64,000 bases of DNA from Sphyrna mokarran. Taxonomy: Eukaryota. The stretch is from contig JAGIQG010000005.1 in the NCBI GenBank assembly GCA_024679065.1, positions 85,560,001 to 85,624,000 of the forward strand, in the 5' to 3' direction. Made by a program: the position numbers and the translations under genes. The notes beneath the pieces are model-generated. The model was not told the origin of the DNA. It saw only the letters and a program-made list of their open reading frames with translations, and did not search any database. Of this stretch, positions 14,600-28,060 are shown in pieces. Every line of letters begins with the position of its first letter. The stretch's first letter is position 1.

Positions 14600-17500
14600 T
14601 CAACACCAACAATGAACATTTGGCCCTTGAAACTAGAACTCAGTCGATACTAACTCTCCATCAGCAAATAATCAGATATCCTTAAGATCACCCAAAATAG
14701 TCATTATGAAATCCACTTACGTGCATCGAGACCATTTCCCAAATCATTATTTTCAAACTTCCTTTTCAAATTGCATTACCACTCCGTAAAAGGTAAAGAT
14801 CTTGCTGCTAATCTTTCCAAGTGTAACCAACAGTTTTAAATACACACCAACTTCATCACATCTGCCCAGTCAGTGCCACCTAATTTGTATCCCTTCTGTT
14901 AATTTCCAGTCTCCAGTAATTACCCTTGGTACCATCATTGCTTAAATTGACATTTCTATTCGTTGCTGTATGGTTCCCATTAATATCAATGCACCATGCA
15001 CTTTCTTGACCTGAACTTCCTTTTACTGAGGCCAGATTTCATTTCCAAGATACCTTCCCCAGTCCCCTGCATCCGAACTCCCCAAATTAGATCATATGAT
15101 ACCCTACATCTATCCAGTGATTCTTCAATCACTGCTTTAACAAATTCAAATGCCTTGCCATTTTGGTGAAGGTACACTTCCCAAAACACATCGCTGCCCA
15201 AGGCATATAAGCCGTGGACACCTCTAAATACGTCCACACAGTATAGTATTACAAATTCTATTAAACAGGCAATCAGCAGCATGGCCCTATTTGCAGAGAA
15301 TTTCTTACAAAACCTTGTCCAGACTCCATTGTAACCTTCCCTTCTGGCATTGATGCCCTACCAGACTATAGCCAGTCAACATTACTTAAGAGCTTGCCCC
15401 ACTCCATCTTTCAAATCCATGCTTTTCCTCCCACTCCTGTCTGTTTCATCCTTCTCACATTAGGCTGGTGAACAAAATGTAGATTGTTTTTGAAGGTGCA
15501 GTACCAAATTCCCTTGATCATCTTCTATCTGTGCTTAACATCCTTCCATTGTGTGTAGTTACGTCATATAATATGGACTCATTGCACACTTTGGATACTT
15601 CTGTGAAAGATTGAATGATTCCAAGCTATTGTCTTACTTGCAGACTATGTATCTTGTCGCTTTGCATGTTGGCTGTACACCATCTTCATCTTCTCATGTT
15701 TTCCATAAGTTCTCTTCTATGTCAGAGAAATGGGACAGGTGATGGCTTGGCAGCATTATCCTAATGCGGCTTCAGAATCTACGTTCTGCTGCTGTGTCAA
15801 AGACCAAGTGTAAAAGTGTATCCTTTCAACGTCAAACATTGATAGAATAAATCAGGTGTTAAGTCTGCATTTGATCTCCGCAGGAATTCTATAGCCATCA
15901 GGTTTTGCAGACATGTCTGCCATATCAGTGATGTGAAATGGGTTCTTCATCTGGCTTAGGTAAGTCCTCACCATGTTCAGATCCATCTAATTCGAACCCT
16001 CCTCATCCATTTAACATCTTGCTCCTCGATTTCTCCCTCAGGTCGACATCTCTCACATTTGTAGCACAAGGTTGCACAGGGTACAGCAAAACAATAATGA
16101 TGTGGTGAGCACAGTAGAGCCATTCGTGACCAGTCCAAATATCAAGAATGCATTTAAGAATTGTATAAACATGAAAACTTTATCACAGTTCCCCAAGTAC
16201 CAAGCACAAATATGCAGGATTTGCTTTCTGGATCAAAAGTAAGCTGGCATTTCTGAAAGTGAAATCCATTTCAATTACTGAACTGCTGTATAATCTGTGA
16301 TTGCTGCAAGCCTAACACCTGTCACTCTGGCTTGCAGCATTTATGTGTAATTGAACATACTGATGAGTGATCTGTGTGTTGCCACCGATCTGAAGTGGAG
16401 GCCTGGAAAATCTGCTGACAATAAGGTCTTGTGCTGGAATCTCTGAGGCCACTGGCATGGGGTGTCCTCCAAATTCTGGTGGCATGAATTTTTTTAAGGA
16501 GGTTTATGAGTTACTAAATGCCTGGACAAGCAATGGTGCCTGTGGTATCATGTTTCACTCATTTCCATATATGGGCTGCATCTTCTATTTCCCCTCAGTC
16601 ATATCACACTTCTTTATTGATTTGGCAATTCTTCGGGAAAATCTGTGATTTCCTAGCACTCTGCACAGGCGTGCTGTTTATCCTGGATCTCTGTCAGTGA
16701 TAGCATCTTTTGCTCATTCAAAATACATCTGGGCAGTGTTGTTTTCATCTTGTATTCACAATCCTCTTTCTGTCTGTGAACAAACAGATTGGAAACACCA
16801 TTGAATCTTCCTCATTATTGCTCTTCTCTCCAAGCTAATGTCAAGCCAATGGTTTGTCCACAGTGTAGACTTGGCATTCCGAGGCAGCCCTTTGCTGGTG
16901 AACTACCATCCGAAGGTCCATAGTTGGCTCCCACAATGAGCATTTGGCGTTGAAACTAGAACTCAGTTGACATTAGTTCTCCATTTCTTCAGCAAATAAT
17001 TAATTGAACATCCCTAAGATCATCCCAAAATGGTGACCCAGAAATCCTCTTACGTGCCTTGAGATTACTCCCAAATCATTGTTTTCAAATGTTTTTCAAA
17101 CAATGTTACTCAATAAAGGACAAGAATGTTGCTGCTTACCTTTCCAAGTGTAACCAACAGTTTCAAACACACATCAAATTCATTACATTTGACCAACAAT
17201 CATTGCCACCTAACTCCACTCATTACACTTGGTACCATCCATCATTGCTCACTGATGTTTTTATTTGTTGCCAAAGAATTTCCAAGATACTTCCCTAAAT
17301 TCACTGCATCTCGATCCACCTGATACAATCATACAAAACCATACTCTCAGCCAAGTCTACTCAATTGTCAATTTGACAATTTCAAATACCTTGCCATTCT
17401 AGTGAAGGTGTACTGCCCAAAACACATGCCACTGCCCAAGACGCGTAAGCTAATGACAGCCCTCTAAGTATACCCATATAGTGCGATACAATCGTTGCGT

Positions 17501-17910
17501 AGTCTGTTAAACAGGCAGTTGTATGGCCTCATTTGCAAACAATTTCTTGAATATGCCCCTTGGTCTTTCACCCTTCCCTGGACAAGTTTTCTCATAGAAG
17601 TGTTTTACCATTCTCGTCTGGCCGTTACCTAATATCACTCATGCTGCCTGCCTTACATTAATCCCTTTCTTATCATCCTTTCATCACCTCCAATTCTGGA
17701 TCTGTGCCACTCCACATCATAAGGATCTTACAACCACTTGTTCGGATGCCATTGCAACCTTCCCCTCTGGCCCTGCTGCTGCCCTCTGACCAAGTCTAGC
17801 CAACATGTTTGTAGCTTGGATTCTTGTCCCACTCCCCAGTCCTGACTCCATCTACCAAATCCATCCTAGTATCTATACCCTTCTTCCCATTCCTCTGCTT
17901 CACTCTTCTC
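14600..17910. repeat. Further ~1.5 units of the same tandem family after a 2.4-kb interruption
   Basis: The same anchors recur: cccttgaaactagaact at ~14625, gaatgattccaag at ~15613 and ttgaaactagaact at ~16950. Sub-blocks are in the same order as in 1-12150. Confidence 0.9.
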
Positions 17911-17999
17911 CTCTGGGGATATGATGGAAATTAATGAGCAGGTAGGTTTTTTTTTATGTTGGTGTGGCTGTTGTCTTTGGAATACTTTATGAATTCTCA

Positions 18000-20950
18000 C
18001 TGTCTTCCTGATCTAATAGTTGAGCCTGATTAATACACAGCATACCATGCGCACCTTCTTCGCATAACTGAGGAGTGAGGGTCTGGTGAAAAGCTACAGG
18101 TACAAGCACATATTTTATCTTGAAAAATCATATCTCTTGGAATATTTAGGTTATGAACAAAACCACCCGAGGGTGTCTTGAGCAAGACACTTCTCTGTTG
18201 TCATATTAGACAAAGCTTCTTGGATGAATCTCATGCTTCGTATCTTGCATTTTCTGCTTCGTCCTGAAGTTGGTTATATTTCTGTTCACCAAAATTCATA
18301 ATTTTGTTATTGATTGCATCTTCCCTGTCAATATTTGTGTCATCTGCTCATAGATACAGTGAAACATCAGCAGTAATCAGGGGTAATCTGGTTATTGTTA
18401 CCTAACTATTTTGTTATCATGTATATAACGTACCTCCCTGTATTTTTTTCAACAGGTATTAGCATTTTAGTGGCATACTTGACGGTAGTTTCCACAAAAT
18501 AATTTCCAGTAGTTTGTGGTAAGTTTTCAGAAGAAGCATTCATCAAATAAGCAAATGTAGAACATCATGATAATGGGTACTAAATTGCATGACCCATGCT
18601 CAACGGTCAATAATTGAATTATGTCTGTGATAATTGATTTTCCTTCTTGGATAATGTACACTCCCAATCCATTCTGACATGCATTAAATACTATGATCAT
18701 CTCCTTTATATCATAAGGTGCAAAAGAACAGGCCATTCAGCTCATCAAGCTCACTGGGCCATTCAATTAGATAATGAATGATCTGATATGATAACCCTGA
18801 ATTTCAATTATCTGTCTTATCCCCCTAGCTTTAGTTCTCTTCCTGATTAAATTTCTGTTCCTCTCCATCTTGAGCATGCTTAAGAACCCAGCCTCTCCCA
18901 GTATGTTGCTAAGAAGTTGAAGTATCTGAAGAGTCTTTGCAATTGCTTTCATTGTTGGGGACCAGGCACGCCTGGTATTTATACCTTGGGGCTTGGTTTG
19001 GGATACAGCCAATAACTTGAATATATAGAACACATAAATCAGTTAAATTCATGTCCTTCACAATGAGCTACTTGATGCAAGCACATGACAGATGAGGCCA
19101 TTACTCATCATATCACCCAATTCTATCTTTAGATTCTCCTGTATGTGACCACTGCAGTTTTTCTTCAGCATGTGAACATGGCATTTCCTGGAGTCAATTA
19201 ATCCATATCACATCTTGAAGGTGTCATATGGAACCATGTTTGGCATCAAATCTGCCTCACTGTCATTATTCTTAATATCTTGTTGCGAGTTGTATCTTCG
19301 CGATTTTGTCTTTGGTTATAAAGTTGAGTTCCAAATACTCTTATGTTGTTTGTACTGTTGAGCCATATGTGTCCGCCAGGTAAAATCCCTGTGATTTCCA
19401 TGCAGACTTGTGTATCTGCATGTTAACATCAACATACCCATGGGGTGAATTGGTGACCCATTTGTATACAATCACTTTGTCTGCCATAAGGTGTATCATT
19501 TACTTCCAGTGATCCAGATACATGTCTGTTGGAATCCTGACTGATAAGATATTTATAGTCACTCCAATGTTGACCCTACTGAGTACATGCAGCTTTTCTT
19601 GGGCATATTGCGTTGACCATAACAAGAGCTTCTAACTCTTAGGCTTCGTCCACACATTGTATCAAATGCTCAATCTGGAAAGCCTGTTCACTCTCTAACT
19701 GAAGGTTTTCCTGATATGCATCTTCATCCAGTCTGTATTACTGCCAATGTCCTATGTACGCTTGCACTTGTGGCTCTCCGGTGCAATGTGCAACAAATAC
19801 TTTGTTTGCTTGCTTATATCCTCTGCTGGCACCTTTGCAACCAAATTTCCTGCACTGGCAAGTCCAATGTCCTTTCATCCTGTGTTATAATCCCAGCTGA
19901 TGTTGCTGTCTGATAGTGGAAGGAGGCTACTGGTGTTTATTGATGAACTTTGAACAAAACCTTCATAAAGAAAGAAAAAATTAACTCTAATACATGACTC
20001 CTTCACCCTAGCAATACCTTAAGATATATAGACAGATTTGAGAACAACACATACAAAATCTATCTCAATGAGTGCACAGTCCATGTAAACAAATAGGCAA
20101 ATTATGTCCACAGCTTAAAACTAAGTGGCAGATGCAATCCAAAACACCATCTATGATTTTTCATCAATTCCCCCTCGAAACTTGTCACCCTGAGCCAAGT
20201 GGTTTGAATGGACCTCTGATTTTTACATGAGGTTTTCCAATCTTCGTATATGAAAAAAATGATTTGGAATTGACTCCCAAACAATGCGTTCTCAGGGATG
20301 CCTGCACTAAAGAATCACCTCTTTGGGTATTCACCTATCACAGATCATTATGTCCAGTCAAGCTCCCACACAATGTCTCAGATATCCAGCTGCACTAATA
20401 GAATACCATTGCTTTATAAGCTTTCGGTCAGCCTGACTTCTGAATTCCCTCAAGCTGATTTAAAACTACTTCCAAGTTATCTTCTTTTAGGTTTTATTCC
20501 AGGTTACCTAGTTCCATCTGGCTCAAGGACTCTTGATAGCAACATGTCCTCTGGGTGTTACGGAAGAATCTATTTTTCTTTAAACATGCTTTAGGATTGT
20601 AAAACACTGCATTGTAGGCATCTGAACTAACCTACAACCCCACATAACTTCCTTGCTTTCTGTGTCCTGGCTGTTGCATCAGTATTGGTAGTTGCACCAA
20701 ATGTGTGGTGTTGTCCAGCTACAACTGCTTCATAATTTCTGCAATCTTTCTGCAGTGTTTCTGTCGTGACTTATTTTTTCCCAAAAGTCTTCAATTGGTG
20801 TCAAAACTATAAATCAGATCCACTATTTGTTTAGGCAGCTCAACTTCAGAGGTATCATCATCCTTGTCTTCATCACAGCATCTTCTCACAAACTGAATGA
20901 TTCTTGAGGTCTATGAGCTATCAGCTCTAAACAGTGAGTTCTGAAGTTCA
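18000..20950. mobile_element. Highly decayed, rearranged Gypsy/Ty3 LTR-retrotransposon fragments
   Basis: On +: MFGIKSA near 19236 (RT MPFG+xSA motif) and SPSQIIMS near 20331 (SPAQLLM-like integrase C-terminus). On -: GIPENA..GSQF..EDWK at 20300-20230 (integrase GIPE..SDNGxQF) and a CKIRSMRF-like stretch at ~18255-18225. Confidence 0.55.
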
Positions 20951-22049
20951 GCTTCATGCAAAGGTGATCCTTCAGCCTGTTCCACAACTTGGCAGACTGC
21001 TTCTAAATCGACTTTGGACAGGATCGGCATGTTGAGTTTGCGCAAACTGTCATTTTTAATGCACAAGTAAACTCATTTTATTCACCACTGCATTATCCAG
21101 TTTAATTATGGATGAAATAATAACCATAGTTCCATTCTTTGCTTAAAGGTCTAAATTACGCTAAGACATCTGTGGTCTTCTGCATAAAGCCGAGGAATTT
21201 GGTGGTCATCTTCCTGGTGACTTACTAGTTCAACACCGATTCAGCTACCCGAAATCAGGTATTCATTGCTCTGTGAAAGTCTTTGCAGGGGATTGTCTCT
21301 CAGGTTCCTTTAACATGTACACAAAATCTTGCATGCAGCGTTTGCTGTGATCTTCAAATCTTTATCACTTGTTTAAGAGAATCACCTCTGCTTTCCATGG
21401 TGTATTTCAATATTCGCTTCATACAAGATTACCAATCTCACACTAGATAAGTGAAGTAAATCTGGGTTCAACAGATTTGAAAATGTAGTTTAGGGTTGCT
21501 CAGCAGACAGATTTATTGGAGATGAACGTATGGAATAGGAGAAGTAATCCATTTAGCCGCTTGGGCATGTCCCACCATCACGGCTGATTTATTTGTGTTG
21601 AGTTCTACATTCCCCATCTATCCTTAATAAGCTTTGACTTCCTTACCCAACAAGGATCATATCTACCTCCAGCTTAAAAATATTCAGTGATCCTGCTCCC
21701 ACCAGTTGCACAACCTTCAGAGAACAATGTTCTCTTCATTTTTATCCTACAAGGGTATCCTCTAATTTTAAAACGCAGCTTCCTAATTCTGGATTCTCGC
21801 CCGTTAGAGATATAAACCCTTTTAATGTGCACATTGTCAATACTGCTGAGGTTTTATATACTTCAATCAAGACATCCCACATTCTTCTAAACACTGGTGG
21901 AAACAAGCCCAGTCTTTCCATACTATCGTCATCAGAAAATTTACTGCAGGTATCAATCTAGTAAACCTCCCCTTCTGGTGTCTTCAAAGCACTTAAAAAG
22001 CTTTCCTTACATAGAGACCAATGCTGCAATGTTTTCGCGATGTATTCAA

Positions 22050-22910
22050 AGCTGTTATGCTCTGTTGACAAGGTTGAGTATGTATGATGGTAAGAAGTTG
22101 AAAATCCAAGGTAGCAGAAGAAATAAACACGCCTCAAATATCTTCGAGTTTGCCTGGCTCAGGGCTGATCCAAGAACTTCCATAGTGGAATGGATGAAGT
22201 TAATCTACCCCACGTTCATTGGCATTTCTTGTTGCATCCAAGTCCTTCATGATAAGCCATTTGAAAGTGAAATTTTGTGGGATATAAAGCAATATTCAGG
22301 CATTTTGGGATGAAGTACCATTATTTCTCAGCACACATATGATGGATAGTACACTATCATCTCTGGTACAAATCCGTCTGGGTACATATGATGTACATCA
22401 TGGATTGACTTAATACTTGACGACTTCTGTTGCCATTGGAACTTTAATGAAACTGTGTATGGTCACAATGTTGAGCTGTTTGCAGCTATAGCTGTACTAC
22501 TGTTGGTCCACTTATGTCCACCCAGTAGAATCTTGCGATTTTCATGCAAGGTTGCAGTATCTGTATTTCATTGCCAATATATTTACGGAATAAACGGATA
22601 ATACATTCTTGACAGTTAATTTGTCTGCCGTAGCCCATCTCACTGGCTTCCAATGATCTAGGCCCATGTCCTTCTGAATCCTTACTGGCAAGATATTCAT
22701 GCTCGCTTGTATCGACTTTGGTTGTGAGCGCCTGCTGCTTTTCATTAGACATGTGCTGTCGATAGTAACAAAGGTTTCTAGCTTGATCAGTTTGTAGTTG
22801 AAGATTTTTCCTCTTTGCATCTTCATCTGGTTTATTTTGCTGCTAGTATCGTGTAGATGATTGCACGTAAGGTGGATTTCTGTTACAAGCTGTTGTTGCT
22901 ACAGGTAAGT
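22050..22910 (-). mobile_element. Decayed Gypsy pol (integrase-region) fragment
   Basis: ORF 22486-22752(-) HGPRSLEASEMGY..QPCMKIARFYWVDI resembles the D..L..L...GW / CxxRARxxVYWPG region. A GFVPEMIV-like stretch lies near 22376-22350. Confidence 0.5.
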
Positions 22911-22929
22911 AGCAAGTACTTTCTCCTTG

Positions 22930-23035
22930 GATCTATTTTCCCTCTGGTGGAATCCTGCTAATCTACCTAACCTGCACATGTTTGGATTGTGGGAGAAAAC
23001 TGGAGCACCCGGAGGAAGCCCACATAGGCACAAGA
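22930..23035 (-). mobile_element. Partial tRNA-derived SINE (HE1/V-SINE-like)
   Basis: ctaacctgcacatgtttggattgtgggagaaaactggagcacccggaggaagcccaca is the reverse complement of the SINE core seen at 35150-35460. Confidence 0.75.
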
Positions 23036-23398
23036 ATCCACACTTCAGCAGGATCCTTCTGATCATCCTCACAAAAGCCTTAAGGATTGACTCTGTAAAA
23101 TCCTCATTTCCAAAGGATATTTTTTCCCCTACTATTCCTTAATCGGTTGAATTAAAGATAAATTAATAAGGATAGCTCCATTCCTTGTGTGAAAGGTCAA
23201 GATTCTGATGGGACATGTGGTTTTCAAATTCGTGCTATGTGTTTCTTATCCTTTAAAAACACCTTTGATTTGTCAGGAATTTGAAGTTTCTTTGCACCAT
23301 GGACAGATTCTGCATTACAACAGTTGCATGTTTTTCTTTTTCTTCTTGTCTTCTTTTGAATGATAGAGCTAGGGCATTTTTCCTGTTGTGTTTGGTCT

Positions 23399-23437
23399 CT
23401 AACCCTAACCCTAATGCCCTAACCCTAACGCCTAACC
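23399..23437 (-). repeat. Short degenerate interstitial telomeric repeat (CCCTAA)n
   Basis: ctaaccctaaccctaatgccctaaccctaacgcctaacc, about 6 imperfect units. Confidence 0.7.
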
Positions 23438-24904
23438 TTATACATAGGTTATAATGGCCCTGCAGGTTATACTGTTAGAGTAAAAATTGGAGGGTTCTGT
23501 CTCCCAGGATCTTAAATGCACACACAAAATCTTGTCTGTGCCATTTCCTAAAATCTTCTGACCTTCACAGCATTGTTTCTGTTGCACTTTTACGTTTGCT
23601 TCAAGCAATCTTACCAATCTCATACTGAATCAGTGTACTAAGTTCACTTAATCTGAAGATGTAGTACAGGACTGTCTTCACCTACACCTCTACCAACAGA
23701 TATATCCACCAACAGATACATGCACAAATGAAACAGTGGCATGTGTTGATGTCCCCTCCCCCCTTATTGAGGAAGTGTCATACTGATATAGGATGATAAA
23801 AACAGTATAGTGCAGGAGGCCATTTAGTCCATTGAGTTTACACCAACTCTCAGCATCCTACCCAAGCCCATGTCATATCAGCGAGGTACAAAAAAGTAGT
23901 GAGGCATAAGATCTTTAATAGATTCAAATCTATTAAAATGAATGCAAATCAGGATCTTGTCTATTGAGTGTGAAAGCAATTACATTGCCAGTGAGGGAGT
24001 GATGGAAATCAGAAATTGCATGTGAGATTTGCTATCTTCAGCTTCCACCGGATCTTCAAACTCATTGGCGATATTGCAAATGAAGAGTCTGGGCTTAAGA
24101 TCCTGCCCTTTGTCTACGCTATTTCCTGTGATCTTCAAACCTTCACTGATTAAGAGGAATCACTCCTGCTTTGTGTTGTATTTTTATGTTTGCTTTCATG
24201 CAATCGCACACTAGACTAGTAAACTCAAGATGTTATACAGGATTGCTCAACAGGCAGATTTATTAAAATGATTCATCAGCTATTACTAACAGGGAAGTAC
24301 GACTGTAACTCCTTCACACATGTTGCAAACTAAATGTTTGCTGCTCACATGATTTATGTCTTCAATACTTACTCAGTCACATTTTCTCTCAAAATATTAG
24401 AACAATTATCACCTCATCAACACATTCTGTAAGAGGACACAATCTTCTTGAATGGATGACAATGAAGGATATTGGTGAAGTTGAGATTCCAAGGTCACCA
24501 TACATCTTTGAGACTGAAATTAACGAGCAAACAAAGAGTCCTTATTCGACCTGCAGTGATAGAAAAATAGAAAAAGTCATTAACACCAGCAACTATTAAC
24601 TAGCATCAGACATAACACTAGTTAACTGTGCCAATCCTTCATTGAGAACAATGGATGCCAAATTCCTGTGATGGAGACACTTTTCATATAAACAACATAA
24701 ATAATCATTGACAAAAGTAAAAAAGCAATTCAACACAAAACAATCTGTTTAATTTTATGTTCATTGTTAGCTATCTTTAAACTGTAAAAAAGTTAACCTT
24801 GGAAGACTTTTAGGCTGGAAGGATTCACAAGAATGACTGTAATGTAACCAAGACTGTGAAATGAACAACTATAGTTAAGCTTCCCTTAGCAATATCCAAA
24901 GACT

Positions 24905-25260
24905 CTTCCCACTCTCAATTATCTGTCACAGATGACATTAACTGAAGAATTAAAAACAAAAAAATTGTTGGACAAACTCAGAAGTCTAGCAGCGCTTGTG
25001 GAAAGATAAGCTGAGTCACAGCTGAGTCGAATCTACAAGTAATTTTACTGTGAAGTCTCCATGTCAATGCTATTGCTGCTGTTTCTGGGCTGGGGACAGT
25101 TAAAGGGATAACAGCTTCCCACATGTGCTGACATCTATCCCACGTCCTAGAATCTTCTACTGATCCTTCACGCACGTGCTAAGCTCCTCACACTATTGAG
25201 TGCAAAAACAGAGATCCGCCTGGCAACAGGGAGCATGCAGAGCTCTGACTGGATGAGCAG
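24905..25260. promoter_or_regulatory. Promoter module copy A (decayed, CpG-depleted)
   Basis: Aligns to copies B-D. TGGCAAC at 25221-25227. CCAAT box mutated to ctgactgg. cgcgtgcgcg is replaced by cacatgtg. MYB consensus ACAGTTA near 25096. Confidence 0.6.
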
Positions 25261-28060
25261 CAGGGGGAGGGGAGGAGGAGATCAGGCTGCATGCACGGAA
25301 TGGAGGCGTGCGGAGCCAGATGCAGCATGCACCATTGTGGGTGGACCAGTTATTGGAGCATCAGGCTATAGAGCCAGACACTGTCTCAGTGTGGACTTGT
25401 GCACCTATTGTCCATTCTTCAGTATGCTATACTGATTGATTTATGAGGAGATTCTAAGCTAAGCACTTGCAGCACACTAGCTTGCTGGAGCTGCACTGCG
25501 ATCACTTGCCAGAGCTTTGTGGACAGCGCAGGTAGATATAGATAGAAGAATAAAATTATCAACCTTGCAGAGAAAATTCCTTTTGGTTCCCCTCATTAAA
25601 TCCAATTACATCTATTTCTTTTTTGAAGTTCATTCTTGTGATGATGGCTAACAAATCCAACATTTATTGCCCACCCCATTGACATTGAGCTGCCTTCAAG
25701 GATAGCTGCAGTCCAAGATGAAGGTGATTCACAATATTCTGTAAAGCAGCCTAGAAATTTGATCCTGCAACAGTGAAGGCACAAAAATAGTAGCAAAAGA
25801 TTTGGACTTGAGCTTGTAGAATGCAACTGATGACATGACAACACACCGGCTGCCCTTGTGTGGACAATTGGTATTTGGGTGTTATGTCAGACATCATGCC
25901 AAAACAGGAGCCATAACCCCTTTGGGCTAGACCCTCAAATTTTAAAGTACATGCCACAGACTTTACTGAACAGCGATAGTTCCTGCGTTAAGGTGACATT
26001 TGTCTCATCCAAGATGCCAGTAAGGATGTGTGCAGGATACATCAAAATACCGTCTTGAAAGTTATCTTCAATATAGGAAACTAGTTAGTTGAACACATTT
26101 TTTTCCCTCCTCATTCCAGGTAAGAAAAGGGGAGGACACCATCCTTCAAACCACCCAGACCTCAAATCAGCTCTTAGGAGGAAGCAGGGGGTTTGCTAAA
26201 AGAATCATCAATGTCTTCACCTGCACTCTCCACCAGCACAGACACACAACCTTGATACTACTTCCTCTTCAGCATTCCACATGGATATAAATGAGTGGTA
26301 TGTGTTGCTGCCTTATTGAGCAGTTGTCATACTGACATAGGACTACAGAAACAATACAATGAGAAGGCCATTTGGCCCAGTGAATCTGCACATCTCACCC
26401 AGGCACATAACATGCTGGCAAAAAAAAGAGGTGAGAAGATCTGGTGATAGGGGTGTATCATTACATTATATTCAAATTTATTAGAATGAATATAAATCAG
26501 ATTCTCACCCATTATGGGCATCAACATGGATAATTCACTGGCAAGGGGATGGTAGAAATCAGAGATTGTCAATAAGGTTTGAGACTTTCAGGTTTTGCCA
26601 GATCTTGAAACTCAATGATGATATTGCAAAGAGAACATAGGCTCAAAATCCTTCCCTTCATTTGCCACATTTCCTGTGATCTACAAATCTTCACTAAGAG
26701 GAATGACTACTGGTTTCTGTGTTGTATTTTTATGTTTGCTTCATACAAGCTTACCAATCTCACCCTAGACAAGTAAACACACTTTATTTGAAATGTAGTA
26801 CTGGAATTGCTCAGCCAGATTTATTATTAAGAGCTGATGAATTATTTTAATAGGAAAGCTATTCCTTCACATCACATGTTGCTGAATAAACAAATTGCAA
26901 TTCTGAGCAACATTCTGATAAAGGGTCATCCAGACTCAAAACATTACCTTGATTCTCTGTCCAGATGCTATCAGATCTGCTGAAATTTTCCAACATTTTC
27001 TGTTTACGTCTAAACAACATTTGCTGTTCACATGGTTTACAAACTTGCTATTTACTTATTAGCAAATTCTTTCTTAAAGTGATATTAGAACAATTGTCAC
27101 CTCGTCGCCATATTCTACAAGAGGACACGTCTTCTCAAAAGAAACCCAGTGAAGATTATAGGTGAAAATGAGAGACTCCATGGTCACCATGCATCAACGA
27201 GACTGAAGTCAATAAGTAAATGAGGGAGAGTTCATATTCGACCTACACCAGGGATAGAAAGAAAACATCATTAATACTAGCAACATATGAACATCAGGCA
27301 CAATATTACTTGCCAATCCTTCAGAGTGAAGTACAATATGCCAAGCCTTCAGAGTGCAAATGATGCCAAATTCCCCAGATAGAGGCACACCATCCATGTA
27401 AACAGCACCACAAACAGTAACTTTGTAAAAACAAATCAAAACTTTTCCAAAAGTTCACTTTAATCATAACAATTGATTTTGGTTTTAGTTAACATTTGCA
27501 AAGAGTACTTTGAGACAAAAATCCACTTAAAGGAGAATGACAGTTTTATTATTCTGGTATGATTTTGTGATGAGTACATGTCCAATGTGCACCTTCATGG
27601 CTTTATCAGTCAATTGTTCAGCAACACTATCAGTCAAAGTGGATCTGAGACTTACATGAGATGAGAAGCTCCTGTATCTGTCTGAAACAATCAGTATGTT
27701 GAAATTTTAGCAATCACAAGACATGTGATGTCTCCAGGATAGCTACCAAGCTCTGCAAAAGTTAAGACCCTCAGTTTCAAGTGACGAAATAGCACTACAA
27801 TTATTTGTAGAAATAAAACACCTTTAAAAGGTGCCTCATTGTCAAAACAACATTTGCATCAAATCCACATAATATACTAAGATTCTCAGTCAGATGACCA
27901 GAAGCTTGGAGGAAAGAGATAGGTATTGATGAATTTAAGCTGGAAGAATGAACCATAATCGAGGAGAAAAAAATGCTAAATACACTTAAAAATGTTTAAT
28001 TACACCTGCTGACTAATAATTTTCTTTAAAAAAGAAAAAAGTTAATGGGAAGTTTTAAGT

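Noticed and set aside
1-17910. Idea that the tandem units are tdrd15 pseudogene copies or a multigene family
   Set aside because: No Tudor motifs (WYRA, DYGN) in the unit ORFs. ORFs are short and not preserved between diverged units, and the recognisable motifs are LINE endonuclease-like.
23914-23937. Small perfect hairpin tttaatagat-tcaa-atctattaaa
   Set aside because: AT-rich 10-11 bp stem absent from the paralogs at ~26465 and ~31445; likely a local template-switch mutation with no sign of function.
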